A stretch of DNA of 64,000 nt from an uncultured Cellulophaga sp. (GTDB lineage Bacteria; Bacteroidota; Bacteroidia; Flavobacteriales; Flavobacteriaceae): assembly GCA_947491225.1 (NCBI GenBank), contig CANLIE010000001.1, positions 17,747-81,746 on the forward strand, given 5' to 3'. The notes beneath the pieces were generated by a model. It was not told the DNA's origin, did no database searches, and saw nothing but the letters and a program-made list of their open reading frames with translations. The translations under genes and the position numbers were made by a program. Numbering within the stretch: the stretch's first letter is position 1; the number at the start of each line of letters is the position of its first letter. This document shows, piece by piece, positions 9,376 to 18,905 of the stretch.

Positions 9376-10479
9376 ATGAACATTATCTTAACAGGTGTAA
9401 CTGGCACTTTAGGTTCCAAGGTTTTACATACTTTATTTGAAACCAAGTACGGTGAGATAACTCAAATTTATCTACTAGTTCGTAAAAAAGGACAATCTTC
9501 TCCTAAAGATAGGGTTCTAAATATGTTAAAGAGTGAATACGCTCCTAATTTCATTAAAGAAAACATAGAAGATGTTCTTTCAAAAATTACTGTTATAGAC
9601 GCTATACATATTCTAAATCCAGAGTCTTTTTTAAACACTGATGAACAGTATTATTTTATACATTCTGCTGGTTATGTAAACCTTTCTGTGGATGAAGCGA
9701 GTAAGGAAGAAATATTTAATGAAAATTATCATTTTACAAAATCTATCTTTACGGCTTATGAAAAATTCTTAAAAAAGTTCATATACATAAGTACAGCTTT
9801 TTCCATTGGTGATTTAGGTGGTTTAATAGGTGATGATTATATTGAAATTGAAGGTGGCACATATCGTAATTTTTACGAAGCATCTAAACATGCGTCTGAA
9901 AAATTCTTAACTAAAGCTGGCAAGGAAAAGAACATTCCCATTCAAATATTAAGACCAAGTGTACTAGGTGGCAATGCTATAGATAATCCAAGTTTTTTTA
10001 TTTCTAAGTATATGGTTTTTTATCTTTTTGCTAAATTTTTTCATAACAATCCATCTAACGATCATGTAAGAATAACGGCAAATAATGATAGTGGTCTAAA
10101 TATAATTCCCACAGATTATGCTGCTAAAGTAATTGTTACTGTTTTTAATACTGATGTTAAACAATTAAACATTGTACACTCTAAGGCAACAAACATAACA
10201 AAAGGAATTTCTAAGATATTAGATACTGTTGGCTTTCAGAAATATAACATAACACAGGATATCATAAACAAAACTGCTGGTTTTGAAACCAAGCTAGAAC
10301 AGTTTTATTATGAAACCATTGGTGTACACTTAAACCCATATTTAACTTCTAAGCCTTATGAATGGGATACTTCTCTACTTGAAAGTATTTTACCCATTCC
10401 AAAATACGATTTAGAGCAATATTTAGCTAATACTGTAGAGTTTGCAAAACTTAAAAATTTCAGAAACCAGAAGTGGTAA
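9376..10479 (+). CDS. SDR-type NAD(P)-binding protein, thioester-reductase/epimerase-like
   Basis: 367 aa; N-terminal Rossmann motif LTGVTGTLGSKV (GxTGxxG); YxxxK-type catalytic region (YEASKHASE). Confidence 0.6.
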   Translation: MNIILTGVTGTLGSKVLHTLFETKYGEITQIYLLVRKKGQSSPKDRVLNMLKSEYAPNFIKENIEDVLSKITVIDAIHILNPESFLNTDEQYYFIHSAGYVNLSVDEASKEEIFNENYHFTKSIFTAYEKFLKKFIYISTAFSIGDLGGLIGDDYIEIEGGTYRNFYEASKHASEKFLTKAGKEKNIPIQILRPSVLGGNAIDNPSFFISKYMVFYLFAKFFHNNPSNDHVRITANNDSGLNIIPTDYAAKVIVTVFNTDVKQLNIVHSKATNITKGISKILDTVGFQKYNITQDIINKTAGFETKLEQFYYETIGVHLNPYLTSKPYEWDTSLLESILPIPKYDLEQYLANTVEFAKLKNFRNQKW

Positions 10480-10558
10480 GCTAATTGTTAAAAGTTTGCT
10501 AAGTGTCGGTTCCGTATAATTTAGAGTGATTTTTTATCAAACAACACTAAAGGTTTAT

Positions 10559-12535
10559 TTAATACTTTACTATCTCAAACTCACTACGCCTATTTAACTG
10601 GTGTTGCTGCTCTGTACAATCTTCACAAACAACTAACGGTTTAGATTCTCCATACCCTCTAAAACTAACTCTTATTCCTTTTACCTTACCTTGTTGCACC
10701 ATATAATTACGGGTAGATTCAGCTCTTTTCTCTGATAGTACTTTGTTGTAAGTTGGTGTACCTCTGTTATCTGTATGTGATGTAATCCTGATATGTAAAG
10801 TTGGATATTTTACTAATTTATCTGCTAAATTAGCTAATATTTTTTTTGAATCGGCTCTAATCTCCCAACGGTCAAAATCAAAATAAATAGGAGGCATATC
10901 AAAATACAACTTACCATCCTTAACAATTATCTTTGGTGGGTTTTTGTCATTCAATAATTCTGTAATTACTGCTTGTGATGCTTCACTTTGCTTATTTAAA
11001 ACTGCTGAGATTTCATTGTTCTTTTTTAAATATAGTATATGATTCTGATTATTTAATTCTTTTATCTCTATACTCATTTCCCGAGTATCATAGCCCCCTG
11101 CTTCAGCACTTAGCATATATGTATTTGGAGATAAGTTTACATTAAATTGTGCTACACTATCCAAAGTATTTTGATATATAACTTCTTCTTTATGTAATAA
11201 GTTTACTTGTGCACCACCAACATATTCTTGCGTATCTGCATCCCTTATTTCAAATGTATTTATATATTCTCTTTCAAAAATCTCTCCTGTTTGCTCAAAC
11301 TCAAAAATATCATCATTTACATTATCTCTATTAGACGCAAAAAAGCCATTTTTGGTATCATAATAGCGTAAACTAAAGTCATCATATCTAGAATTTATTG
11401 GAGCTCCTAAATTTATGGGTTTGGTAAATTTACCATCTACCCACTCAGACACAAAAACATCTAACATTCCTAATCCTAAATGCCCATTGGAGGCAAAAAA
11501 CAAATGCCCTTCTGGAGACACATACGGAAACTGCTCTCTGTTTTCTGTATTAATAATATAACTTAGGTTTTTTAAAGTTCCGTAGGTACCATCTTCATTT
11601 ATAGTTACATAGTATATATCATAACTTCCTACACTACCCAATTCATTGGAAGAAAAATATAATCTTTTTTCGTCTGGACTCAATGCTGGGTGTTCATAAT
11701 TATATTCATCCAAATTAAATGCGAGTTTTTTAGGTTCTGTCCATTTACCTTTTACTTTTTTAGATACATAAAGTTGTACATTATTTTGCTTGTTCTCGTC
11801 AAAAATAACTTTTCCTCCTACTAAATTACTTCTAGAGAGATACACTGTATTTCCGTCCTTAGAAAAACAAAAGGAACCTTCATGTAATTTAGAATTTAAT
11901 AGATTAGAAATGGGTTTAGGCTCACTAACCTGTTTCTTTTCTTTGTTCATTTTAAAACTAAAAATATCCAGAAATGGCCTGTGTGTCCATTTATAATCTT
12001 TACCTGCTGCAGTTTTTCTATCTGAAGAAAAATAAACTGTGTCTTTATATTTTAATGCTGAGAATTCTGCTGCATCACTATTAAATGCTACCTTTTTTAT
12101 TTCATAATCAGATTTTTTAAGCCTAAATGTTTCTACTTCATCCTTAGCTACATTTTTACGTGGCGGCTTAATGCCTCTATTGTTTTTAAAAAACACTAAG
12201 TAATCAATAGCCTTTTCATAATCTCCTGTAGCAGATAAAAACTGATAATACATAAAATTATACTTATTATCATAGTATTTATCTTGCTCTTTAAATTTTC
12301 CTGTTACCAAGGCAGAAAGTGCCCTATTTGCTTCACTATATTTAAATGTATTGTAATAACAATCTGCTAATTTTTGCAACACTTCTTTACTTCTATTTTT
12401 TTTCCAAATAGGCTCATACAATTCTGCTGCATTTATATAATCTCCACTATTAAAGTATTGATCTGCGCGTTGCATTTGTGCAAAACAAAATTGTGCAAAA
12501 AACAAAAGTAATAGTATGTAGATTTCTTTTTTCAT
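10559..12535 (-). CDS. PorE-like T9SS-associated OmpA-family protein (TPR, beta-propeller, CRD, OmpA_C)
   Basis: 658 aa; signal peptide; TPR-like N-terminus; repeated Tol-Pal-type propeller blades (LYFSSNELG, HLFFASNGHLG, GFFASNRD); C-terminal OmpA domain (ITSHTDNRGTPTYNKVLSEKRAESTRNYM). Confidence 0.75.
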   Translation of the reverse strand: MKKEIYILLLLFFAQFCFAQMQRADQYFNSGDYINAAELYEPIWKKNRSKEVLQKLADCYYNTFKYSEANRALSALVTGKFKEQDKYYDNKYNFMYYQFLSATGDYEKAIDYLVFFKNNRGIKPPRKNVAKDEVETFRLKKSDYEIKKVAFNSDAAEFSALKYKDTVYFSSDRKTAAGKDYKWTHRPFLDIFSFKMNKEKKQVSEPKPISNLLNSKLHEGSFCFSKDGNTVYLSRSNLVGGKVIFDENKQNNVQLYVSKKVKGKWTEPKKLAFNLDEYNYEHPALSPDEKRLYFSSNELGSVGSYDIYYVTINEDGTYGTLKNLSYIINTENREQFPYVSPEGHLFFASNGHLGLGMLDVFVSEWVDGKFTKPINLGAPINSRYDDFSLRYYDTKNGFFASNRDNVNDDIFEFEQTGEIFEREYINTFEIRDADTQEYVGGAQVNLLHKEEVIYQNTLDSVAQFNVNLSPNTYMLSAEAGGYDTREMSIEIKELNNQNHILYLKKNNEISAVLNKQSEASQAVITELLNDKNPPKIIVKDGKLYFDMPPIYFDFDRWEIRADSKKILANLADKLVKYPTLHIRITSHTDNRGTPTYNKVLSEKRAESTRNYMVQQGKVKGIRVSFRGYGESKPLVVCEDCTEQQHQLNRRSEFEIVKY

Positions 12536-12537
12536 AC

Positions 12538-13440
12538 CTAATAAAACCTTGGTGAGATGTATTTTTTAGATTTTATTAATCCAAAATTATACAACAGGAT
12601 AATTTCATGTGTTCCATTGTCAAAACTTCTTAATTTACTTGCGTTGTAATCATAAGCATATCCTATTCTAAAATTATAGGTCACATTTGCGGCAGCCATA
12701 AAAGCCATATTTTCTTGAAAACGATATGACGCCCCTACCTCAAACTTATCATAAAACCTTGCATTTACAGAAGCATCAAAAGTAATTGGAGCTCCTAAAG
12801 ACTGTTTTATTATTGTAGATGGCTTTAACTTTAAATTCCGATTAATATCAAATACATAACCAGCCATACCATAAAATTGTGTTTTTTGCTCGTATATATT
12901 TATATTATCTACATTTAAATCTGCTGGAAACAAATTGGGTGCAGAGAATCCAGCATAAAACCTCTCATTAAAAATGAACAGCCCAGCACCTGCATTAAAA
13001 AAAGTACTATTCTGGTTTTGAAAACTTGGATCTGTACTTACGTTGGTTTTTGAAAAATCTAACACCAAATTACTAATCCCTGCTTTTATACCAAAAGCCA
13101 TTTTGGTTTTCCTAGAAACAGGAATTACATAAGCAAAATCAACATTAAAAACATTCTCTTGTTGTACTTCTCCAATTTCATCATTACTATAATTAAAACT
13201 TAATTCCACATTTTCACTAGTAGGTATATTTGCAAAAACATTAGCAGTTTTAGGACCTCCTTCTATACCATTCCATTGTTGTCTATATAATGCCCCTAAA
13301 TATATGATTCCGGGGTCATTTATTACATACGCAGGGTTTACAACATTCATATTATACATATACTGTGAATACTGTGGCTGCTGTTGCCCCACTAGATTGG
13401 CATAAACAAAAAAAGCTAGTATGTATAAAATTTTCTTCAC
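12538..13440 (-). CDS. PorP/SprF-family type IX secretion membrane protein
   Basis: 300 aa; signal peptide plus N-terminus QQQPQYSQYMYNMNVVNPAY, characteristic of the PorP/SprF family; beta-barrel ending in F. Confidence 0.8.
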   Translation of the reverse strand: MKKILYILAFFVYANLVGQQQPQYSQYMYNMNVVNPAYVINDPGIIYLGALYRQQWNGIEGGPKTANVFANIPTSENVELSFNYSNDEIGEVQQENVFNVDFAYVIPVSRKTKMAFGIKAGISNLVLDFSKTNVSTDPSFQNQNSTFFNAGAGLFIFNERFYAGFSAPNLFPADLNVDNINIYEQKTQFYGMAGYVFDINRNLKLKPSTIIKQSLGAPITFDASVNARFYDKFEVGASYRFQENMAFMAAANVTYNFRIGYAYDYNASKLRSFDNGTHEIILLYNFGLIKSKKYISPRFY

Positions 13441-13443
13441 GTA

Positions 13444-16209
13444 TTATTTACTGAGATAAAATGAATCTTGAAAGGGTTTATTAATGCCGTCATTAGGCTC
13501 AAAAACAAAAAAGTACACTCCTGAAGGCAAATCATCTCCCAAATGCGGATGTATGTTTGTAATACCTGAAAAGTATGATGTGGATGAAACTCCTTTATAA
13601 ACCTTTGTTCCATAACGGTTATAAATGGATATTTCAAAATTAGGAAATGCCTTTGCCATATCTTCAATATCAAAAACATCATTCATCCCATCATTGTTAG
13701 GTGAAACCCCATCTTGCATATTTGGTTTACAATCGTTCGTATCACCTATATTCAAAATGGTTACGGTAACAGACTCTCTAACAGACTCACAACCTATATC
13801 ATTAAAGTTAGACACATAATATATTCCGCTCTGTAAAACTTCATCCAAAGGCAAAGAAACATCATCATCTATATTAGCGAACCATGCATAGTCTAGCGCT
13901 GTGGTTACTTCTAAGTCTTCTAGTGTTGCACCTTCTAAAATACAGAATGTCTGTATTGGATTTACTGTTGGCGGTTCTACTGTTACAATGTTTAATGTAA
14001 TGGTTGCATCATCTAAAACACAAGAATTATTTCTATCTACGGTATATGTAACAACAACTTGATTAACGGATAAATCCGTAACACTTAATACCCCATTTGG
14101 AATTACTTGTGAGGTTGTATTATTTACAAATTCCCCATCTGTATCTACACCAGAAGCTAACAAATCTACTAAGTTTATTTGTTGATCAGAAGTGCAAACC
14201 GTGGTATTAAAATCTATACCTGCATTAGGTTTTTCATCTACTGTGATGGTAACAATTGCCTCTTCTCCTAAACAGGCACCATTAGCTGGAACGCTATAAA
14301 TATAGTCTCCTGAAAGTTGGGTACTGGGATTAAATTCTCCCATATATGATGCTACATATCCGTCTGGCCCTGACCAAGTACCATTATCTCCTTTATCTCC
14401 TGTTAATAAATCATATAAATTAAAGGTTGAAGCATCTGAGCAGTACGCTGCCACAACTCCTTGTCCTGCCTTGTACTGTTCAAAAACAGTAAAACTCAAT
14501 TCTGCCACATCTACACAAGCCCCATTACTCGTTGTTGTATATGTAAAATTAAAAGTTTGCTGATCTGAGATATTTGGAACAAGAAAATCATTTGGAATAA
14601 TATTGTCATTTTCATCTGTCCATACACCAAATGGTCCATTGTAAACACTATTTCCTCCTGTTGTTTCTAATAAAGAAATTAAATCCACAGTATTCTCATC
14701 CTCACACAGTTCAATATTCGCTGTATTTTCGCCTGCATACAATTTTTTAGTTAGCACCAATGTCACTAAAGCACTTTCTTCTGAGCAGCTATGATTTGGA
14801 GAATAAAAATTTTTAGGACAACCTTTAGATTCATATTGAAAAGAAGAGCAATCCGTAGTGCAATTAATATGTGGATTTACCCTATATCTAAAAACATAAG
14901 TTCCCGTTTCTGCTCCTACCAAATTTATTGTGCCGTCTGGCGTATATTCAGTATCTAATGAGCATATATCATTACTATGTCCCTTTATTCCTAAATCTGA
15001 TGGTCCAGAAACAAACTCCCAATTAGTGCACTCATTCTTTTTATATTCATAAAGCACTCCTTTTTCTGTAGTAAATTCTAATTCATCAAACAAATTGAAT
15101 GTTTCTGGAGTATTTTCATCTAAGCACAGAACTTTATCTTCTGATTGTTTGAAAGGGCGTAGCATTTCAAAAATCACAAAAGGAATGTCGCTTCCCAAAT
15201 CAGTACATACGGCTGATCGTTGATCTACTTCAAACCTAAAATTGAATTTTTTAAAACCAAATCGAGGGTTAGTTGCCAACAAATTATCATACAATTCTTT
15301 AATATTAACCAAATTGTCTATGGGTGATGATATCTGACTTGCCGCATCTCCATCTCCAGACCAAACACCTTCTATATCCTCATTAGATAAATATAAATCA
15401 TTAGATAAGTTAATATCTGCATCATACAAACCATTTATTATGTCTTCTTCACAAATACGGGTAAGCCTAGACTCTCCAGAAGATGCTTGACGAACAACAG
15501 AAACGGTAACTGTAGTGCGTTGTTCTGGTGCACAAGGCACTATTCCTGGAACCACATAAACAAGTTCAAAAGTTTCTTCATCAACAAGCGGAGGACCTGC
15601 TTGATAAGGGACGTTGACAAAAAGATTGGAACCTTGTATCTCTATAAAATTAGGACTGCTACCTTCATATATCCAAGTTCCGTTTAAATGCGGACTGGGG
15701 TCAGATTGTAAACCTTTAAACAAATCAAAACCTTCTAATGGAACACAAACATTCCCTGTATTACAAACTTGCACATTAACAGAGTTTGCTCCAGATGGGG
15801 GCAATGCCTCTCCTGAATAAGGACCAATTACAAGATTAAGTGTTAGAGCTGGCGTACTACCACAGCTTGTATTGTATAATACGTAGGTGTATGTATTTAC
15901 TTGGGTAGAACTATCTGTTAAATCCCATAGATTTAAATCTCCAGTGTTAGGGTCAAGGACAAAATCAAAATTGGGATCTGACCAGATACCTCGTTCTATA
16001 TTATCACCCGTTAAATTAAAATATTCATCATATAAATTAATCATTCCGTCTGGAGTACCGTTACCGTCTCCATCAATTATTGCCATATCACAAACAACAA
16101 TAGTTTCGCTTTTATCGCAAACTTGAGCATAAGAAATTGTCAAATTTATAATGCAAATAAAAAGTAATAATTTAAGGTTTAATTTCAATTTTGATTGTGG
16201 TTTACTCAC
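13444..16209 (-). CDS. T9SS type-B C-terminal-domain cargo protein (Cys-rich adhesin-like)
   Basis: 921 aa; signal peptide; many Cys. The C-terminal ~90 aa (GVSPNNDGMNDVFDIE...YNRYGTKVY...GVYFFVF) match the gliding-motility-associated C-terminal domain (type B CTD). Confidence 0.75.
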   Translation of the reverse strand: MSKPQSKLKLNLKLLLFICIINLTISYAQVCDKSETIVVCDMAIIDGDGNGTPDGMINLYDEYFNLTGDNIERGIWSDPNFDFVLDPNTGDLNLWDLTDSSTQVNTYTYVLYNTSCGSTPALTLNLVIGPYSGEALPPSGANSVNVQVCNTGNVCVPLEGFDLFKGLQSDPSPHLNGTWIYEGSSPNFIEIQGSNLFVNVPYQAGPPLVDEETFELVYVVPGIVPCAPEQRTTVTVSVVRQASSGESRLTRICEEDIINGLYDADINLSNDLYLSNEDIEGVWSGDGDAASQISSPIDNLVNIKELYDNLLATNPRFGFKKFNFRFEVDQRSAVCTDLGSDIPFVIFEMLRPFKQSEDKVLCLDENTPETFNLFDELEFTTEKGVLYEYKKNECTNWEFVSGPSDLGIKGHSNDICSLDTEYTPDGTINLVGAETGTYVFRYRVNPHINCTTDCSSFQYESKGCPKNFYSPNHSCSEESALVTLVLTKKLYAGENTANIELCEDENTVDLISLLETTGGNSVYNGPFGVWTDENDNIIPNDFLVPNISDQQTFNFTYTTTSNGACVDVAELSFTVFEQYKAGQGVVAAYCSDASTFNLYDLLTGDKGDNGTWSGPDGYVASYMGEFNPSTQLSGDYIYSVPANGACLGEEAIVTITVDEKPNAGIDFNTTVCTSDQQINLVDLLASGVDTDGEFVNNTTSQVIPNGVLSVTDLSVNQVVVTYTVDRNNSCVLDDATITLNIVTVEPPTVNPIQTFCILEGATLEDLEVTTALDYAWFANIDDDVSLPLDEVLQSGIYYVSNFNDIGCESVRESVTVTILNIGDTNDCKPNMQDGVSPNNDGMNDVFDIEDMAKAFPNFEISIYNRYGTKVYKGVSSTSYFSGITNIHPHLGDDLPSGVYFFVFEPNDGINKPFQDSFYLSK

Positions 16210-16278
16210 AAATATATATAAATTGACACTAAAATCTAATTAATTTCCTACAAATATTTAATTCTATAGAACGCAGAA

Positions 16279-16310
16279 ACCCTATTAAAACATAGTTTTA
16301 ATAGGGTTTT
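16279..16310. terminator. Rho-independent terminator (bidirectional hairpin) downstream of rpmA
   Basis: AAACCCTATTAAAAC-ATAG-TTTTAATAGGGTTTT: perfect stem flanked by A/T runs. Confidence 0.6.
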
Positions 16311-16333
16311 ATATTTTATAATAGTACTTTTAA

Positions 16334-16594
16334 TTAAGCTTCAAACGGTTCAATGGAAACAAAAGATTTTCCATCTGCTTTTTTTACAAACTTAACAATA
16401 CCATCTACTCTTGCGTGTAATGTATGATCCTTACCAGCATATACATTTTCACCTGGGTTATGTCTTGTACCACGCTGTCTAACTAAAATGTTACCAGCAA
16501 TAGCAGCTTGACCACCAAAAATCTTAACTCCTAAACGTTTCGATTCTGATTCTCTACCGTTTTTAGAACTACCTACACCTTTCTTATGTGCCAT
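16334..16594 (-). CDS. rpmA: 50S ribosomal protein L27
   Basis: 86 aa; [24 protein letters not shown]. Confidence 0.95.
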   Translation of the reverse strand: MAHKKGVGSSKNGRESESKRLGVKIFGGQAAIAGNILVRQRGTRHNPGENVYAGKDHTLHARVDGIVKFVKKADGKSFVSIEPFEA

Positions 16595-16636
16595 AATTTT
16601 TAGGTTTTATATTGTTATACAAAAATGATTTAGCAA

Positions 16637-17299
16637 TTAAGCCTTACCACCATCTAATTCATCTTGCCATTTCTTTAACTCATCCCACTTACCTTCAGCA
16701 GCTAATTTAGCTTGTGCTGGCCAAGTATCAGTTACGTGGTTACCACGAACGTCAGCAATGATTTCAGAAATTTTTGTTGCATCTGCTTTTGCTAATTCTG
16801 CAAAAGTTGAAATTCCAGCCGCTATTAACGTTTCGGCAATCTTTGGCCCAATGCCTTCAACTTTTTTTAAATCATCTCCTTTTCCTTTAGCAGCAGCCTT
16901 TTTTGGTGCAGTTTTTTCAGGAGCTACTTCCTTTGTAGGAGCGGCTTTTGATTTAGCAGTTTTCTTAGGAGCATCTTTTTTTGCACCTGAAGACACAATG
17001 TTTTCTATAACAATCTCCGTTAAATACTGACGGTGACCATTCTTTACTTTGTATCCTTTACGTCTTTTCTTTTTAAAGACAATAACTTTATCACCTTTTA
17101 GGTGCTTTACGACTTTTGCCTCAACAGCGGCTCCGTCTATAGCTGGGGCGCCAATAGTAATGTCCTTACCATTTTCTAACAAAAGAACGTTGTCAAAAGT
17201 TACCTTTTTACCTTCTTCTGTTTGCAAGCGGTGAACATACACTTTTTGATCTTTTGCAACTTTAAATTGCTGCCCTGCTATCTCTACAATTGCATACAT
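16637..17299 (-). CDS. rplU: 50S ribosomal protein L21 with a Lys/Ala-rich and helix-hairpin-helix C-terminal extension
   Basis: 220 aa; N-terminal ~100 aa is canonical L21 (MYAIVEIAGQQFKV). Followed by KKxAK repeats and an HhH-like segment (VEGIGPKIAETLIAAGISTFAELAK). Confidence 0.9.
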   Translation of the reverse strand: MYAIVEIAGQQFKVAKDQKVYVHRLQTEEGKKVTFDNVLLLENGKDITIGAPAIDGAAVEAKVVKHLKGDKVIVFKKKRRKGYKVKNGHRQYLTEIVIENIVSSGAKKDAPKKTAKSKAAPTKEVAPEKTAPKKAAAKGKGDDLKKVEGIGPKIAETLIAAGISTFAELAKADATKISEIIADVRGNHVTDTWPAQAKLAAEGKWDELKKWQDELDGGKA

Positions 17300-17578
17300 A
17301 GCTTGTGTATTATTAATTAAATATTTAAAGAACTACCCTACCTAAATAGGCGGCTGCAAATATACTACTAATTCCTTAAGTCACAAGCTATTTTATAAAA
17401 AAAAGAAGGCTTATATTAACCCCCTTAATATTTACTTGATTTTTTATTGCTTTTTTTAAAGCTAAAATAATAGAGAGTTTGAAAGTATTTTCTTAATTAT
17501 TTTATTTTTTTGAACTATGTATGTAACAAATCTAGTAATTTTATACTTATTAAAGTAATTAAATTAAACACTATTAAA

Positions 17579-18901
17579 ATGAAAAGAAATTTATTTCTAT
17601 CAGCAAGCCTATTTTGTGCCGCACTAACAATGCAAGCACAACAGGTTGCTTTTGAAGAATATGATCTTGATAACGGCTTGCACGTTATTTTGCATCAAGA
17701 CAACACTGCTCCTATAGTAACAACATCTGTTATGTACCACGTAGGCGCTAAAGATGAAAACCCAGAAAAAACAGGATTTGCTCACTTTTTTGAACACTTA
17801 CTTTTTGAAGGAACAAAAAACATTGAACGAGGAAAATGGATGGAAATAGTTTCCTCTAATGGCGGATCTAACAATGCCAATACTACACAAGACCGTACAT
17901 ACTATTATGAAGTTTTTCCATCTAACAAATTAGAATTAGGCTTGTGGCTAGAGTCAGAAAGATTAATGCACCCTGTTATTAATCAAATAGGTGTAGATAC
18001 ACAAAAAGAAGTTGTACAAGAAGAAAAACGTATGCGTGTAGACAACTCACCTTATGGTAAATTTAGAGAGCAAATAGGCATCAACCTATTTAAAAATCAT
18101 CCTTACAGATGGCAAACTATTGGGTCTTTAGAACATTTAGCAAATGCTACACTAGAAGATTTTAAAGATTTTAATAAAATTTACTACGTACCAAACAATG
18201 CTGTTTTAGTAGTTGCAGGTGATTTTGAGGTTGCCAGTACAAAAAAAATGATTCAAGATTATTTTGGACCTATTCCAAGAGGCAAAGAAATAAAGAGAAA
18301 TAAGTATACAGAAGAGCCTATTACAAAAACTATAAAGGCTAGTTACAATGATCCAAACATACAAATTCCTGCAATTTTCACAGCATACAGAACTCCTGCT
18401 AACACTGAAGAAGATGCTTATGTACTAGATATGATATCTACATATTTAACTAGTGGTAAAAGCTCTAAACTATACAAGAGTTTAGTGGATGACAAAAAAA
18501 TGGCTTTACAAGTTTTTGCTTTTAACAATTCTCAAGAAGATTATGGCTCTTACATTATTGGAGCTTTGCCTTTAGGAAAAACTTCTTTAAACGATTTAAT
18601 TGTCGAGTTTGATAAAGAAATTGCAAAATTACAGACCGAGTTAATTTCAGAAAAAGATTATCAAAAACTACAAAACAAGTTCGAGAACAACTTTGTTAAC
18701 GCTAACAGTGGTGTAGAAGGTATTGCTAATTCTTTAGCAAGAAACTATATGTTATACGGTGATACAAACTTAATTAATACAGAAATAGAAATTTATAAAG
18801 CTATTACTAGGGAAGATATTAAAACTGTAGCCAACAAATACCTTAAACCTAACCAACGTGTAGAACTAGAATATTTACCTGTTGCAAAACCTGAAAACTA
18901 A
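17579..18901 (+). CDS. M16-family zinc peptidase (insulinase-like), catalytic subunit
   Basis: Start at internal MKRNLF (signal peptide); inverted zinc motif HFFEHLLFEGT (HxxEH). Confidence 0.85.
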   Translation: MKRNLFLSASLFCAALTMQAQQVAFEEYDLDNGLHVILHQDNTAPIVTTSVMYHVGAKDENPEKTGFAHFFEHLLFEGTKNIERGKWMEIVSSNGGSNNANTTQDRTYYYEVFPSNKLELGLWLESERLMHPVINQIGVDTQKEVVQEEKRMRVDNSPYGKFREQIGINLFKNHPYRWQTIGSLEHLANATLEDFKDFNKIYYVPNNAVLVVAGDFEVASTKKMIQDYFGPIPRGKEIKRNKYTEEPITKTIKASYNDPNIQIPAIFTAYRTPANTEEDAYVLDMISTYLTSGKSSKLYKSLVDDKKMALQVFAFNNSQEDYGSYIIGALPLGKTSLNDLIVEFDKEIAKLQTELISEKDYQKLQNKFENNFVNANSGVEGIANSLARNYMLYGDTNLINTEIEIYKAITREDIKTVANKYLKPNQRVELEYLPVAKPEN

Positions 18902-18905
18902 AAAA

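Noticed and set aside
13437-13682. 81-aa ORF overlapping the PorP/SprF start and cargo 3' end
   Set aside because: Same-strand overlap out of frame with two well-supported genes; no motif; spurious.
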